Shown: one piece after another, positions 11,698 through 24,962 of the stretch
Position numbering within the stretch: position 1 is the stretch's first letter
Layout of the letters: each line of letters starts with the position of its first letter
From: Takakia lepidozioides
Taxonomy: Eukaryota > Plantae > Bryophyta
Length of the DNA stretch: 64,000 nt
Reading direction: 5' to 3'
Assembly (NCBI GenBank): GCA_030704615.1
Contig: CM060733.1
Coordinates: 67,208,001 to 67,272,000 of the forward strand
Translations under genes and position numbers: made by a program
The notes under the pieces: generated by a model
What the model saw: the letters and a program-made list of their open reading frames with translations, nothing else
Told to the model about the DNA's origin: nothing
The model's database searches: none

Positions 11698-14442
11698 TAT
11701 TTTGTGCTTTGAGAACTTTGTGGATATGTTCATAGAAAGATCATAGATTTTGTGAAATGATTATGAAATACGAAGGGACCAGACGAAAATTTGTTTGGAA
11801 GATGACCGTTCGTAACTCGTTATAACTTATTGGTTAACATCAATTTTCCTAGTTCTCCAGCTTTCGGAGTTCATTGCAAATACCCACACGTCATGACCAA
11901 ATATGACACCATTGTAAATTTGTTTGCAGGGTGAACTACTTCTTCCCCATCACACGAGTGTAAACGTAAAGAAAACGCTGCTCATGCAATTGAAATTGGC
12001 AGGTGCCGCACATGTGCATTGTGTATTAACAAAATTGGTGATATACAAAATTGGCGGAATGTCATCACTGTGTTTTCCAACAATATTCAAGGTACAATAA
12101 AAATGCACATTGTATATGTACTACGCTGCCAGTCATTAAAAGCCTAGTCGTCACTGTCCGAGGACAAGGAATTTGATGATGTGGCCTGATTTGCACTGCC
12201 AATTGCCAGAGCTTGCGATCGTGATCTCGTGGTCAATGAGGGCCCCAATGACATGTGATCAATTCTGGCTTGCATCCGCCTAATTCGCGGTGAAAGTTGA
12301 CTTTCTTATTCACTCTCACGGTGTGGCGGAGGTGGATCGAGAACAAGTGCACGGACTGCATGCAAATCGGCAACGAGGCCGTCCACATCCGGCAATAGAG
12401 CCCCCGAAACACGATGATAACGGTCTATCCATAGTCGCCTCAATTTCTCTACAACTGCCTTGATGGTACTTTTGAAACTTTCCAATTGCCTCTCGCGGGC
12501 CCTGTCCCTAATCATTGTGTCGTTTCGACAATAAACCGCCTCGTACGCCTCATTCATTCGGCGTTGACATATTATAGCATCTTCCAGTTCGGACAACAAC
12601 AAATGTCTCCCAATCAGTTGTCTGTCATACAATTGGTTCTCCTCCGGCACCCATGTGGGAGCCGGATAAACCTGGACCTTCTTTGACTCCAATGCCCTCC
12701 CAGATTGCGGCAAAACTGCTCTCTCTCCCACCAATCTCAAATGTTTCCCGTACGTATGGTTATCTCCCAGTCAGATGTGACCCAGAAATACTGGGGATCT
12801 TTGATGTATGCCGGGTTTCCGGCATGTATGCCATGCATCTCTCTGTCTGCATCCCATACTAAGTTCTTGCCCCAATGCACACAATTCAGAAATGTGAATA
12901 GTAGCCCATCCAATGGGAGGTTGTGTCGATTGTATTCAAAATCTATGGACATCCGTTCCTCCAAGCCCACTAGCTCATAGAAACGGCGATAGATTGGTGT
13001 ATGACATTCTGGACAAGCGCTCATCCGCAAGGCTTGCGGGATAAGACATGTGAGATGGAACATATGTCCACATGATCCAAGCACATGACATTCCTCTGGG
13101 CCGTATGGATTCCTACACATCGAACAAACTGTGTCATCTGATATCCATAACGGCAAAATGCCTCGTGGTATCTCCTCCCTCTGGGCCGGTTTGATATGAC
13201 TGGTCATCCTTGTTTTGGTGTCTCATTCTTCCTCTATCTCCAATTCCCAGTTTATGCTTCTGTTCGACCCCGAAATTCTGTACTCACATCGATCGAACAT
13301 ATAATCCACATCTGCCCAATTGGTATACCCGATGAACATACTAGATGCAATGTGGAGATCGTTATATCTTTGCATGTTGGCATAAATGCTATCCACGCTA
13401 CGGTTTGACATGCGTGCGACACGTTGCAAGCCTGACAGTGCCCGCTATACCCGTGCTTCTTTGGAGGCCAAATGGGTCGTCCATTGTACCCAATTCTCCC
13501 AATCGCCATTCAATGGGACCCATGCCCGAATCTCCAGCGTTTTGGACAAGCGCCATGCAGTTGTCATGACAATGTCCCGCTCCTTTGTAATGCGGTTGAC
13601 ATCTAAATATTGAGTTCATCTCGGATTGAATGGCGACCCTCGAGCATTCCCCGGTTTCCAGTACTAGTTTTTTTTCTTTCCTCCTTCTCTCATCCGCAAT
13701 TCGCTGTTCCTCAACCATGGTTTCATCGGCCACAGGGTCAAGGACGTCCGTAATTTCGTGAATGATGAGGTCAATACTGCGATCGGGCATCGCAAACTCC
13801 GCGTCCATGTCCACGACGTTTGTTCAATCCTCATTGTGGACAACAATGCCTTCATTGTTTGGAGGCATGTCTTGCAATCTAGCTTCCAACTCGGCTATGC
13901 GCAGTGTTTGCCAGTCTAGTCGGTCTTGATTCGCTGGTCTCTTTCCGCCAGTTGTTCCTGTAACGTTGCAGTCGGTTGTATTTTGAACGTGTCCGGAATG
14001 TACTCCAAACTGTATAGCAACCTTGCGTTCCTCCTACTAGCAGTTTGCCAATTCACTAGACGCAAGAGTATGACCTCCACGTACAATATGGCTGCCAAGG
14101 TGTACGGGATTTGGCCCTTTAAGAGAGGTTGACCCCACAATGTGCAATGCACCTCATTCGCCATATGCTGGAAATGCAAGTTCGTGCAAGACCTGGACTC
14201 TGCGTAATTGTTCCGGGTTTGCATGTCATGCATATCCAAAGGCCACAATTGATTGATGTGGTACTATTTCACAAATTTTTTGCATCTCCCCATCGGCCAT
14301 CTGAACTCTTCCGGAACATCCTCCCAGCCCTCTTCTGCTGGTATGCTAGGGTCACCATATACTTCCCAATTCAAGTCTTGCCTTGACCCTTTGATTTTCT
14401 TTAGGGGCGGTCCATGTTCATTATGGTCATCTCTTCCATGAC

Positions 14443-15152
14443 TGTCGCGCACCTCACTTCGGTAAGCTCCCCTTCAAGTCATAGTTACTCGCTTTGATGC
14501 GCGCGCCTGACTCCCAACCTGGCCGCCCGGGCCAACTTGGAGCTTCGGCTGCTCACCGGGACATAACGGTCCCCCTTCGCTTCCCTCTAAACCCTCCACC
14601 TATTTGGGACTAGGAGAATTCCCTTTGGTAGATGGCAGTCCGGAACAGCTCCCCACTCTTTGGTCGCTTTCCGGCTCGCTCGCTTACTCACTAGTTTTTG
14701 GTCACCAACGGGCTTGCACCGTTCTCGGGTTACTACTCCCTATATATACTTCTGTAGCTGTCCGCGGGGTCCAGCCATGCCATTTTATGGCGAACCACCA
14801 CGAAAACCCTCGACTCCCGGTGATGAGTCGCGGTGAGTCTTGGCCCACTCATCACAGCCCCTATGGACCGTGATGAGTCCCAAGACTCCCCACGACTCCC
14901 ACCACGAGGTCTCCGCCCCATGGTGAGTCCTATGCCACCCCCACTAAGTCCCAAGCTACCACCACCCCTTGTGGAGCCACCCCCACCGCAACCCGGTGTG
15001 CGGGGCTCCACCTAGTGAGCGCCTCCGCCTCCTTGAGTGCCTTGGGCACTCAAGGGTGCTTCAGCCCCCCATACCTATCGCTGCCTGCCCCCACCACAGG
15101 GGCAGCCCCTCATGTGTCCCGACCCCCTGCCCTCAAGGCAAAGGGCGCGACA
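14443..15152 (-). repeat. 3' LTR
   Basis: TGTCGCGCACC...GGGCGCGACA, near-identical to 20659-21376. Preceded on the minus strand by a purine-rich tract GGTAGGGGTGTG. Confidence 0.95.
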
Positions 15153-16059
15153 CACACACCCCTACCAACAGGGAGTCGATGTCCTCATCGACTTGTCCAT
15201 TTTGTAGAAACGAACATCCAAGTTGTGGCGTCCCACATCAAGGAGTTTGTTTCCGTACCATGGCGTCCCATGGCAAAGAACCAAACCCCACACTTGACTC
15301 TACTCTCCACTAGCTAGTTCGGCCGACTTCCTCCAAGTCCCGGCCAAGGGTGGAGCCTCTCCAGCTCCTCCCAGTGCACTCTTCTTGGCCTACTTCAAGG
15401 CCAAGGAACGATCCTCCCCGAGGATCGAATCGCCTTACTGCAACAACATTGCTTGCGATCGCTCATGATGCCGCTTTTGGCATCACCTTGAGCAAGGGTT
15501 CCCTGGAACCCTCTTTGACTAGGAAGATAACCTTGAACCAACCGTGCGCCCCAATCACTACAATTGGGTCCGCCTTGGAATGCTGGCCTGAGGTACGGGA
15601 ACACGCCGAAGCCGCACTACGACTTCGTCCCGAGGCTACACGATTATAGTACGTGAACGGAAGCACGTAGCTTCCGCGTTAGCCCGCACTACAAGGCAAC
15701 CCCCTCGGTAGCGCAGTTATAGTACGCGCACGCGCCAGGTGCGCACTAGCACGTGAACTCCCAAAGAAGGCGCAAGTTTCCTTGCCCCTTGGATGGGGGT
15801 CACCCGATTTCGGCACTACGCAAACACACGATTAACCCAATTTACCTCTCCACTTTTATAAGCTAGCATGCATTCTACACACTAGCCAACCATACCATGC
15901 ATCACCATTCCAAACAAAATAGGACGCACAACATTTGGAACCCATTTCCTTTATAACAAATTTTGTACAATACAAGTTTTTGCAATCGGATTCCTAAGCT
16001 AGCTAAGCCGGGCTAAGCATGCATTTCCTCCCCCACGCTCCAAGGTTGATGTCCCCATC

Positions 16060-19000
16060 AACGTTTCTTCCGCTTTTGAGGTCGCCCTTCGAAAGCTGCA
16101 ACCGCCCTCGGATGCGTTTCCCATTTTCTGAGGCACGCACCCAAGATGCCTCCACATGATGATAGCCCTTCCATTTGACGAGATACTCCGTTTCTCGGTT
16201 CTTGAACCTCCTCGACTTAAGTATTGCCTCACCTCGTACTCAGGTTCATTTTCATGATCCAACAGCATAGGTGGCGGACGCAACACTTGATGCCGATTCG
16301 GACGCGCTTCATCTTTGAAGTAAGGCTTCAAAAGGGAGACATGGAATACTGGGTGCACCTTGCTGTTTGCCGGCAGCTCCAATTCATACACATCCTCATT
16401 CATAACCTTCCGAATGCGAAAGGGTCCCGCATACGGAGGTACGAACTTCGGACTCACTTCCGGAGGTAGTCGGAAATTCTTGATGTTCAACCAGACCTCT
16501 GTGCCTGCCTCAAACTTCACTTCCCTCCGCTTCCGATTCGCCTGCCTTTCATACCGTTTCCTAGCTTTGGCAATGTTGTACTTTGCGAGCTTCAACAAAC
16601 GCTCGCGTTCTTCCAGTACCGCCGCTACTGCCGGTTCCTCAACGTCCTGGGCGGCCCAACTTGTCGGCACCAGAGGTGCTTTTCCATAGACCAATACGAA
16701 AGGGGAAACTCCCGTTGCGGAGTGTTCTGTGTTATTATAACAGAACTCTGCCGCGTCTAAGTGTTCCACCCAGTCTGTTTGGTCTGCCGACACGTAATTC
16801 CGCAAGATCTGCTTCACTACGGAATTCACCTTTCTGTTTGGCCGTCGGTCGTAGGTCGGAAGGCGGTGCTCATCTTCAGCCTCGTCCCCATCTTCTTCCA
16901 AAGTGTCCTCCAAAATTTACTCGTAAACTTTGGATCGCGGTCCGAGACAATATCCTTCGGGACTCCATGATGCTTTAAGACGTGGGCGAAGTAAAGTCGC
17001 CCTGTCTCCTGCGCCGTTGCCGTCTCCTTGGTGGGGATGAAATGGCCCATTTTACTGAACCTATCCACCACCACCATGATTGCATCGAATCCTTTTGACA
17101 GCGGCATAGCAGTCATGAAATCCATCGAGACGCTTTCCCAAGTCCCCTCTGGAATCGGCAAGGGTTGTAACAGCCCCGCTTGCTTTTTGTACTCGCTCCG
17201 GTTTTGTTGGCATGTGGTGCATGTCTTGACATACTCCTCTGCCTCCTCCCTCAGTTTGGGCCAGAAATACTCTTTCTTCAAGAGTGCCGCAGTGCGCTTG
17301 GCTCCGCCGTGGCCCGCAAGCGGGCTATCATGGCATTCTCAAGAGGCTATCTCTGATCCCTCCCTTTGGCACGTAGAGACGTTTTTGCTTATACCGGAGC
17401 AGTCCATTTTGCAAGTGGAACTGCGATTTAACCCCCATCCTCAAGTCCTGCATCACGGACTTCGCCAGCTCATCCTTCCGGCAAGCCTTCCGGATCTTCC
17501 TTTGGAGCGCCGTCTCGCCCTTGTACACCAACAAGAGCTGCTGCTTTCTACTTAAAGCATCGGCCACCATTGTCGTCCCGGTTTGTACTGGATATCCACG
17601 TCGAACACCGCCAAAGTATCTTGCCACCTAAGTTGTTTTGGGGACAACTTGGGCTGCGTGGCAAAATACTTCACCGTGACATTGTCCGTGAACACCTTCA
17701 CTGGGTTGGAACCAACATAGTGGCGCCAAAGCTCAAGGCAATGCACCACCGCCTTCATCTCTTTTTCGTGCGTCGGCCACCGTCGCTCCACTTCATTCAG
17801 TTTCTTACTTTCGTAAGCCACTGGACGTCCATCTTGCATAGTACACCCCCAATCGCGAAGTCCGACGCATCTGTATGAATCTCAAAACGATCGAACTCCG
17901 GGATTTTCAAGACTGGAGCTTCCGCCATCCGCTGCTTCAATTCAGCAAAAGCTTGGCCACAAAATGTGTTCCATACCCAGACTTTGGATTTACACAGAAG
18001 GTCTGACAGCGGCCCCGCGATCTTGGCGAAATTTCTCACATACTTCCGGTAATAGGAGGCGAGTCCTAGGAAGGATCGCACTCCCGGGACCGAAGTCGGA
18101 GGCTCCCAGTCCAAGATCGCCCTCACCTTTCTGTCATCCATTTTGATCCCATCCTGTGTAATCACATGCCCCAAGAACTCCACTTTCGTGACCCCGAATT
18201 CGCACTTTGAAGCTTTGGCGTACAGCTTCCCTTCCCGCAATTTTGGAACACCCTTTTGAGGTGCTCCAGGTGCTCCTCCTTTGTTTTCGAGTACACCAAG
18301 ATGTCGTCGATGTACACGATCACAAAGTCATCCAACCACTCCTGAAAAAGGCTGTTCATCAGCGTGCTAAAGGTCGCTGGTGCATTGGTGAGCCCAAAAG
18401 GCATCACCAAGAACTCATATGAACCATACCTTGTCCTGCACGCGGTCTTCTCCTCATCTCCTTCCGCCACCCCGAATTTGATGATAGCCGGAGCGCAAGT
18501 CGATCCGGCTGAAATACTTCGCTCCTGCCAACCGGATCGAAGAGGTCGTCGATCCTTGGCAAAGGGTACCGGTTTTTTTGATAGTCACCTTATTCAGAGC
18601 CCTGTAATCGACACACATCCGCAGCGTCCCATCCTTCTTGTCTGCGAATAGCACCGGGGCTCCGTAAGGTGACTTACTCGGCCGGATGTACCCCTTTGAC
18701 ATTAGATCCTTGAGCTGAGTCTTCAGCTCGACCAACTCTCTGTGGCTCAACCGGTAGGGCGCCTTGGCAGGCGGTTCCGATCCCGGTATCACCTCAATCT
18801 TGTGGTCAACTCCTCTTCGCGTGGCAAGCCGCTTGGTAAATCCTCCGGCATCACATCCTGGTATTTCTCCAAAATCCCCTTGATCCAATCTGGGCTCGGC
18901 TCCCCATCGCCTTCTCCCTTCACTTCTCTAATGTAAAGCAAAAACTGGGGTTCGTGTGCCTCCTCCACGGCCCACTCCCTTGCTGACAGAAGGTTTATTC

Positions 19001-20603
19001 GCCCTCCCACGGATTTGGGCGTTTCCGACACTCGTAAGACCTCGCCACCATTCCCACATGGCAGCGTGACTACTCTCTTGCGGCCATCTATGACCGCTCC
19101 GGATTTGCTCAAAAGGTCATCCCCAAAATGAGATCCACTCCATCGATCTCGCAGATGGTGAAGTTCTCACGTCCCTCCCAACTCCCCAGTTGAAGAGGAA
19201 CATCAAACGCCAACCTTGTCGCCAACTGTGGTTCTCCTTTGGCAGAACGCACCTCAATAGAGGCCCCCACGTCACTTGTCGGGAGTCCCAGCTTTTGTGC
19301 CGCCGCCGGTGTCATGAAGGAGTGCGACGCTCCTGTGTCCACCAACAACGACACATTAGTTCCGGATATTATCCCATCCACGAACAATAACTGACTCCCT
19401 TTACGTAGGCGCCAGTTTCCTGATACAACTCACAAGAATAGTTGCCTACCTTGCAAGTCCTGGCGACCACCGCTTCCACCAAGCGACTGATGGTATCTTC
19501 CGACAGCTCCGTGGTCGCCCGAGTCATGTTCAATTGCCGGGGCTTCGTGCACTTCTTGGCCATGTGCCCGGGCTCCCCGCAATTGAAACACACTCCATCA
19601 AAGGTCGCCTTCTGTCCGCCATAAGCCGCTCCACGCTTTTCCTTTCGAAGCACCGGGTGCCGCCTTGACGTGTGAAGGCCCTCCCTTTGATTTCCACGTG
19701 CCATTGTCGCCGCGTGGCCTATCCCACTTCTTTTCCGGTCGGAGGAGTCACCTTCCCGCCGGGTCTTCTTGTGGTTCAGCTCCGTACGGCCTTGTCTCTC
19801 ACCCCTAGGGACATCCGAGAAACATTCAGCCCTCTCAATTGCCTCGTTCAAAGTCTTGGGTGGCTTCTCCTCCAACTTCCGCCTGGCCCATGGGGCCAGT
19901 CCCGCCACAAAGTTGAAGACCATTTCTGGTTCTGCCATGTCCGCGACTTCGAGCAAGCACATTGAAAGCCTGGACATACCCCGAATGTCATCTGTTTGCT
20001 TCAAATTCCTCATCTTGTCCCGGCAAGCCAGGACGCGTTGAGGGGCACAAAACTGTCTCTTCATCAATTCCTTGAACCCACTCCAGTTCAAGGTTTCCGG
20101 CTTGGGCCTCGGTCGTGAAGGCGTTTCTGCCACCATTGTTGAGCATAGCCCCTCAAATAGGTGGGAGCCACTTCCACCCGATCCTCGTCACTCAACTTGG
20201 CCGCCCGGAAGTACTGCTCTAGCTCCAAGAGCCAGGTGTTGAGTGCCTTCCGATTTCGAACGCCCTCGAAGGTGCCGGGTTCCTTAGGCTTCACCTTAAA
20301 CTTTGCCTTAGTGGAAGTGGCATTAGCCGCCTTCAACACGTCTTTCAACGTCCCGCCAAACTGCGCCAACAACCCTTCCCAAAAGGCTGCCGGCATGGGA
20401 GGCATCTCTTGGTTTGTCGGAGCTCTCAAGGATTCCTCGGGCTCCGACTCCTCGGATTCCTCCCGCTCTTGAGCGGCCTCGTTTTCGGAAACATTCATCG
20501 CTTCCTCAAACGGCCGCCTCGGTGACACGTCGCCCCCATCGGGCTCACCAGGATCATCATCTTTTGGGCCGTTCCGCTTTCGCTTTGGCTTGCCCGACCC
20601 CAT
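16060..20603 (-). pseudogene. gag-pol polyprotein (multiple frameshifts)
   Basis: Zn knuckle CFNCGEPGHMAKKC, protease [21 protein letters not shown] and YIDDILVYS, RNase H HTDASDFAIG, integrase VSMDF and IVSDRDPKF, GPF motif, and chromodomain start EPEYEV. Confidence 0.95.
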
Positions 20604-20644
20604 GATGAGGCCAATCCCAAGGACGATCGCGTACTGAACTCTAA

Positions 20645-20656
20645 GCTCTGATACCA
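20645..20656 (-). promoter_or_regulatory. Primer binding site (initiator tRNA-Met)
   Basis: TGGTATCAGAGC on the minus strand, 2 nt from the 5' LTR. Confidence 0.92.
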
Positions 20657-20658
20657 AG

Positions 20659-21376
20659 TGTCGCGCACCTCACTTCGGTAAGCTCCCCTTCAAGTCATAG
20701 TTACTCGCTTTGATGCGCGCGCCTGACTCCCAACCTGGCCGCCCGGGCCAACTTGGAGCTTCGGCTGCTCACCGGGACATAACGGTCCCCCTTCCTTCCC
20801 TCTAAACCCTCCACCTATTTGGGACTAGAGAATTCCCTTTGGTAGATGGCAGTCCGGAACAGCTCCCCTCTTTGGTCGCTTTCCGGCTCGTTCGCTTACT
20901 CACTAGTTTTTGGTCACCAACGGGCTTGCACCGTTCTCGGGGTCTACTCCCTATATATACTTCTGTAGCTGTCCGCGGGGGTTTTACAACCAGCCATGCC
21001 ATTTTATGGCGAACCACCACGAAAACCCTCGACTCCCGGTGATGAGTCGCGGTGAGTCTTGGCCCACTCACACGGCCCCTATGGACCGTGATGAGTCCCA
21101 AGACTCCCCACGACTCCCACCACGAGGTCTCCGCCCCCATGGTGAGTCCTATGCCACCCCACTAAGTCCCGCTAAGCTACCACCACCCCTTGTGGAGCCA
21201 CCCCCACCGCAACCCGGTGTGCGGGGCTCCACCTAGTGAGCGCCTCCGCCTCCTTGAGTGCCTTGGGCACTCAAGGGTGCTTCAGCCCCCCATACCTATC
21301 GCTGCCGATGCCCCCACTACAGGGGCAGCCCCTCATGTGTCCCGACCCCCTGCCCTCAAGGCAAAGGGTCGCGACA
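20659..21376 (-). repeat. 5' LTR
   Basis: TGTCGCGCACC...GGTCGCGACA, flanked by the PBS and the TSD. Confidence 0.95.
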
Positions 21377-21984
21377 ATGACGGTCATCGTCCTGGCTCTC
21401 TGCCATTCTGCAACAATCGGAGCAACACTAAACGAGGTTTACTAATAAGACGTAACTCTAAACCCTTCACCCTAAACGAGTTTGAGTAGGTGTCAAAATA
21501 GTTTCTAAAAGCTAATTTTGTAGAATAAAATGATCCTGGAAGCCAGAGGAGGGCCTATGGGAACATTCTACAACGACCTCACAGAAATCGCGGCAAAAAA
21601 TACCCCCCCCCCAAGCTGCGCTGCACCTGCAACCACTCAGCCCCCATCCACCACAATTGAAAACCAGCTATTGATGAACAATGACTAAAAAAATGGCCCA
21701 TCGCATGATGACAAACCTCAGCTCTCGCGATGGCGCTGCACTGGCTATTGGACCTAACAGTTCACTTGTTGATTGGCCTAATGTAGCATGATAAAGACTG
21801 AACTGCACAACCAAATAAAAGAACTCATTCAGAAAACTTACCCCCAAGCCCAAACCTCAGTAAGTAAACCCAGTTCTTGGGCATTCAAGTTCCATGACTC
21901 TGCAGCAACAGTTCTGTGTACATTATTGGTGAAAATGTGAGAATTTTCAAGACTCGCTTGGGCAGCAACAACGTTCAAACTGGC

Positions 21985-22025
21985 CGCAAACTTCAAGGTT
22001 GGATACCCACTCACTCCATATCTGA
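21985..22025 (-). pseudogene. Short protein disulfide isomerase/thioredoxin-like exon fragment
   Basis: RYGVSGYPTLKF follows an intron acceptor (TTTTTCAG) and is fused to unrelated sequence. Very short. Confidence 0.45.
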
Positions 22026-23879
22026 AAAATGCATTTACTGACAATTAAATCAGGTGTTACAAGTTGATTTAAAATTGAAAGAAGGGAAAGCCACCATCAC
22101 ACCAGGCTCTGGCACTAGAATGACAACTGCCCACAGTATGCCTCATCGGGCCCTTAACTACAACAGCAGGAAGAGCTGACATCACTTCATACCCATATTT
22201 AACTAGTATAATGTGCAAGCACAAGGTTGCTTTGCAAAGATCACCTCGGTGACAGTCTCCTTCAGCCGGGCATTGATGTTCTTCAAGTCAGCTGCAGCTT
22301 TATCCACCTCATTCCCATATCACAATACATCAAGGAACTTGTAAGGCTTTCACTATCCAGTTAGTAAGTTAGTAATTACATATTCTTCGCAAGCATACTC
22401 GAAGAAAGCACTCTTGGGCATTCAAGTTCCATGACTCTGCAGCATATTGGTGAAAATGTGAGAGTTTTCAAGATTCACTTGGGCAACAACATCGTTCAAC
22501 CATGCATCAGGTGTCCAGACCTGGAAAGTGGGAAGACAAATTGCGTAACCTTTAATACTTCCTTCACGCTGGAGAGCTTGAATCATTGTTGTAGGGAAGT
22601 TATGGGAAATTACAAATAATTTGGAGGTCTGGTTGACGTCACCTGATTGTTGTTCAGTCTCTCAGCATCGTAGACCCTAGCAATGATTCACAACCAGGTT
22701 AGTTAATCCCAGCTTGCATAGTTTCAATTTAGGTGTTGATTAGTGTGCAGGTCCACACTTGTGAGATCACTTTGACAACCGAAACAAATCAACACGTATC
22801 AACTGAGATCTTCTAAGATAAGTGACCTTGGGGCGACGCCCTTATCTTCCTAGGATCAGACAAAAACATTAAACTGAGAAAAAAAAACTCAATCTTAATG
22901 GACCTTCATTCATCTGTGATTTGGGGAAGAAAAACGGCTGTAGATCTCCTAAGAGCTCGTTGCTGGAAACCATTATGTCCCCCAAATGGATACAAAGGTC
23001 ACAGGTCTCCTCTATCTCTGAACTGTGTTGGGTGGACATGCACGGCCAGCGTCAGATGCCCAGATTAACACCTTCGTTGTGAACGGAAGCGGAGGCTGAC
23101 GCAGCTTCCATCACCACATCACACCGTGCACATGTGCATGATCGTTCAACAGATCATGCAAATTGCCACTTGGCCGAACAAAGTCAGTCAGGTGCGCAGT
23201 TTCGATCCTTGTATCAAAATGAGCACGCTGCTGCTCTTTTTAGCCGTTTTCTTCGATTACACTTATTGCGACATAGACAATCAGCACACAACTTGTGATC
23301 GCACTTGGTAACAATGTCTGGTTACGGTGAGCACTACCCTACTTGGCTGACTGAAATGGGGGAGAAGAAGAGCGTCAGTGACAAGGGCACCTGCTGGAGG
23401 GGGAGGTTGCTCGCCATTCCACCTGACACCAAGCATATCATTTCAGCCTGCAAACAACATCCAGCACAAACATCAGAAGTCCAATCGGACTAGGCTGTAC
23501 TCTAACATTAAGATTTCAAGCCTCAATAAGCAGCTATCTGATTCACAGCTTAGGTACCTTCTACCCGGCCGGCGCTGCCACTGCCGTTGCTGTCCTCCCA
23601 GCCAATGTCCCCGACCCCGTGCTTGCGACCCTACGCCACCACACTACCTCCCTGCAGCTGCTCCCCACGCTACCCTACCACATGTTGGAATCAAAGCATG
23701 CTACTGAATGGAAACTAAACAAGGTAACACTTGCCTGGATAAAAAACACTAGACCAGCCCGCTACTGCCTCCAACGTATGAATCGCATGACATCTTGCAT
23801 AGGAATTGAAACTAAACAAGGTAGCATTTGCCTAGATAAAAAACACTAGTCCAGCCCGCTACTGCTTCCATAAGTGACG

Positions 23880-24215
23880 ATTGCTGGCTTCCAGAGCCAT
23901 AGAAGCCCTCGAGTCCCACCTCCAGCACATGATTAGAATCCCAGTTCTTCACATACGCCGCCGTCCTCCGAATTCAGATGGATACCAGCATACTGGCTCG
24001 CCCATTGCACATATTGTGCCTTCCACCGAAGATAGAATAATTATTGGTGAAGGTGAGTATCAATCGTATTCCCTGTCTCTTGGCTTCAGCTACCACAAAG
24101 CCGAGTGCATCCCTTCCATTTCACCATGTCTGTCGCCAGAAGCAATGTGCAGGGGTGTTCTATCATGTCTTAGAATATCGCGGACAGTGGGCCTAACATA
24201 CAACAAATGGTGAGG
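23880..24215 (-). pseudogene. GH5 endo-beta-mannanase exon fragment
   Basis: The minus frame reads ALGFVVAEAKRQGIRLILTFTNNYSIFGG, matching the plant MAN motif LDFVVAEA...GIRLIL...NN...GG. Confidence 0.6.
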
Positions 24216-24792
24216 ACCTTACGTAACTAATTGCTGGACACAGTATTCCATCGATCTAGATACTCACAAGCTGGATGCATCACCTGCTAAATCGATTTTG
24301 AAGAGAAGACTGAGCTGTGAGTAAGGACAGACCTGCTTTAGCGTGGAGCGGGAGCTTGAGCGTGGAGCTTGTAGAGCGGGAAAGCTTGAGCTGAGCAGAA
24401 GAGGCGTTTCCTGCAGCATTGGACCACGATGGAAGAAACACGCGAAGGGCTTGGGGGAAGAAGCGCACGCGAAGCGGGGGGCGAGAAGCGAGGGAACCCG
24501 ACGCTTCCCGCGGAAACGTCATCCTCCGTGGAACCAGTTTGCCATGGTGGATACGTCATCATCGAACCCATTTTGTCACCATTTTGCCACCATTTTGCCA
24601 CGATGGCAATATGGCATTTTAAAAATCGCTGCCCGCCTTGAGCAGTTATAGGGGACATATGAACGTTGGGACAGCCTTTCTTTGGCCTCAATTTTTTTCT
24701 AATGTTTGACCGCCCATCAACCTGAAATGACCTCTTGTGTGTGCTGCTTGTGTCTGTAGTCAGATAATGTCTGTGAGAACCACCACGGTGCA

Positions 24793-24962
24793 GTTGAGTA
24801 GGCACAGATTGAAACACGACCTGCTAAGACCAAGCTAGCTCTCCCAAGAACCTTGTAAACATCAGGAAGAATAACAAATCGTGATACTAACAGGAGCCAA
24901 GACCCCACATTTGCAGGATGGACACACTTCTTCACATCGTACATTAAGGAAAACCCACACCT
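24793..24962 (+). repeat. Dispersed repeat of about 170 bp, also at about 60253-60420
   Basis: Shared GCTAAGACCAAGCT..CTCTCCCAAGAACCTTGTAAACAT...GCAGGATGGACA.ACTTCTTCACATCGTACATT...CCACACCT. Confidence 0.9.

Larger units (their letters stand above)
14443..21376 (-). mobile_element. Full-length Ty3/gypsy LTR retrotransposon (chromovirus)
   Basis: Paired TG...CA LTRs, 5-bp TSD ATGAC (14438-14442 and 21377-21381), iMet PBS, and gag-PR-RT-RH-IN-chromodomain order. Confidence 0.97.
12144..21406 (-). pseudogene. RING-H2 finger gene of about 800 codons, copy A, split by the LTR retrotransposon near its start
   Basis: ATG at 21406 gives MAESQDDDRH, which continues across the insertion as GRDDHNEHGPPLKK. 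RING-H2 CSMC-x14-CGHMFHLTC-x10-CPEC at about 13000-13125. Ends ...SSDSDD* at 12144. Homologous to 40074-42546; several stops and frameshifts. Confidence 0.85.
6257..21615. mobile_element. Kinase/RING cassette element, copy A (interrupted by the LTR retrotransposon; right boundary uncertain)
   Basis: Collinear, in inverted orientation, with about 39820-51428: terminus, palindromic repeat array, kinase, satellite, RING gene, and the RING upstream region (21500-21612 matches the rc of about 39820-39920). Confidence 0.8.

Noticed and set aside
10452-11733. Recurrent ORFs such as MPIQMIFVRFETWP in the satellite (also 43242-47187)
   Set aside because: They are translations of non-coding tandem repeats and the frames are not conserved between units.
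14604-15666. Proline-rich ORFs in the LTRs and 3' region (also 20802-21489 and 62136-62993)
   Set aside because: Chance ORFs in GC-rich LTR sequence, broken differently in each LTR copy.
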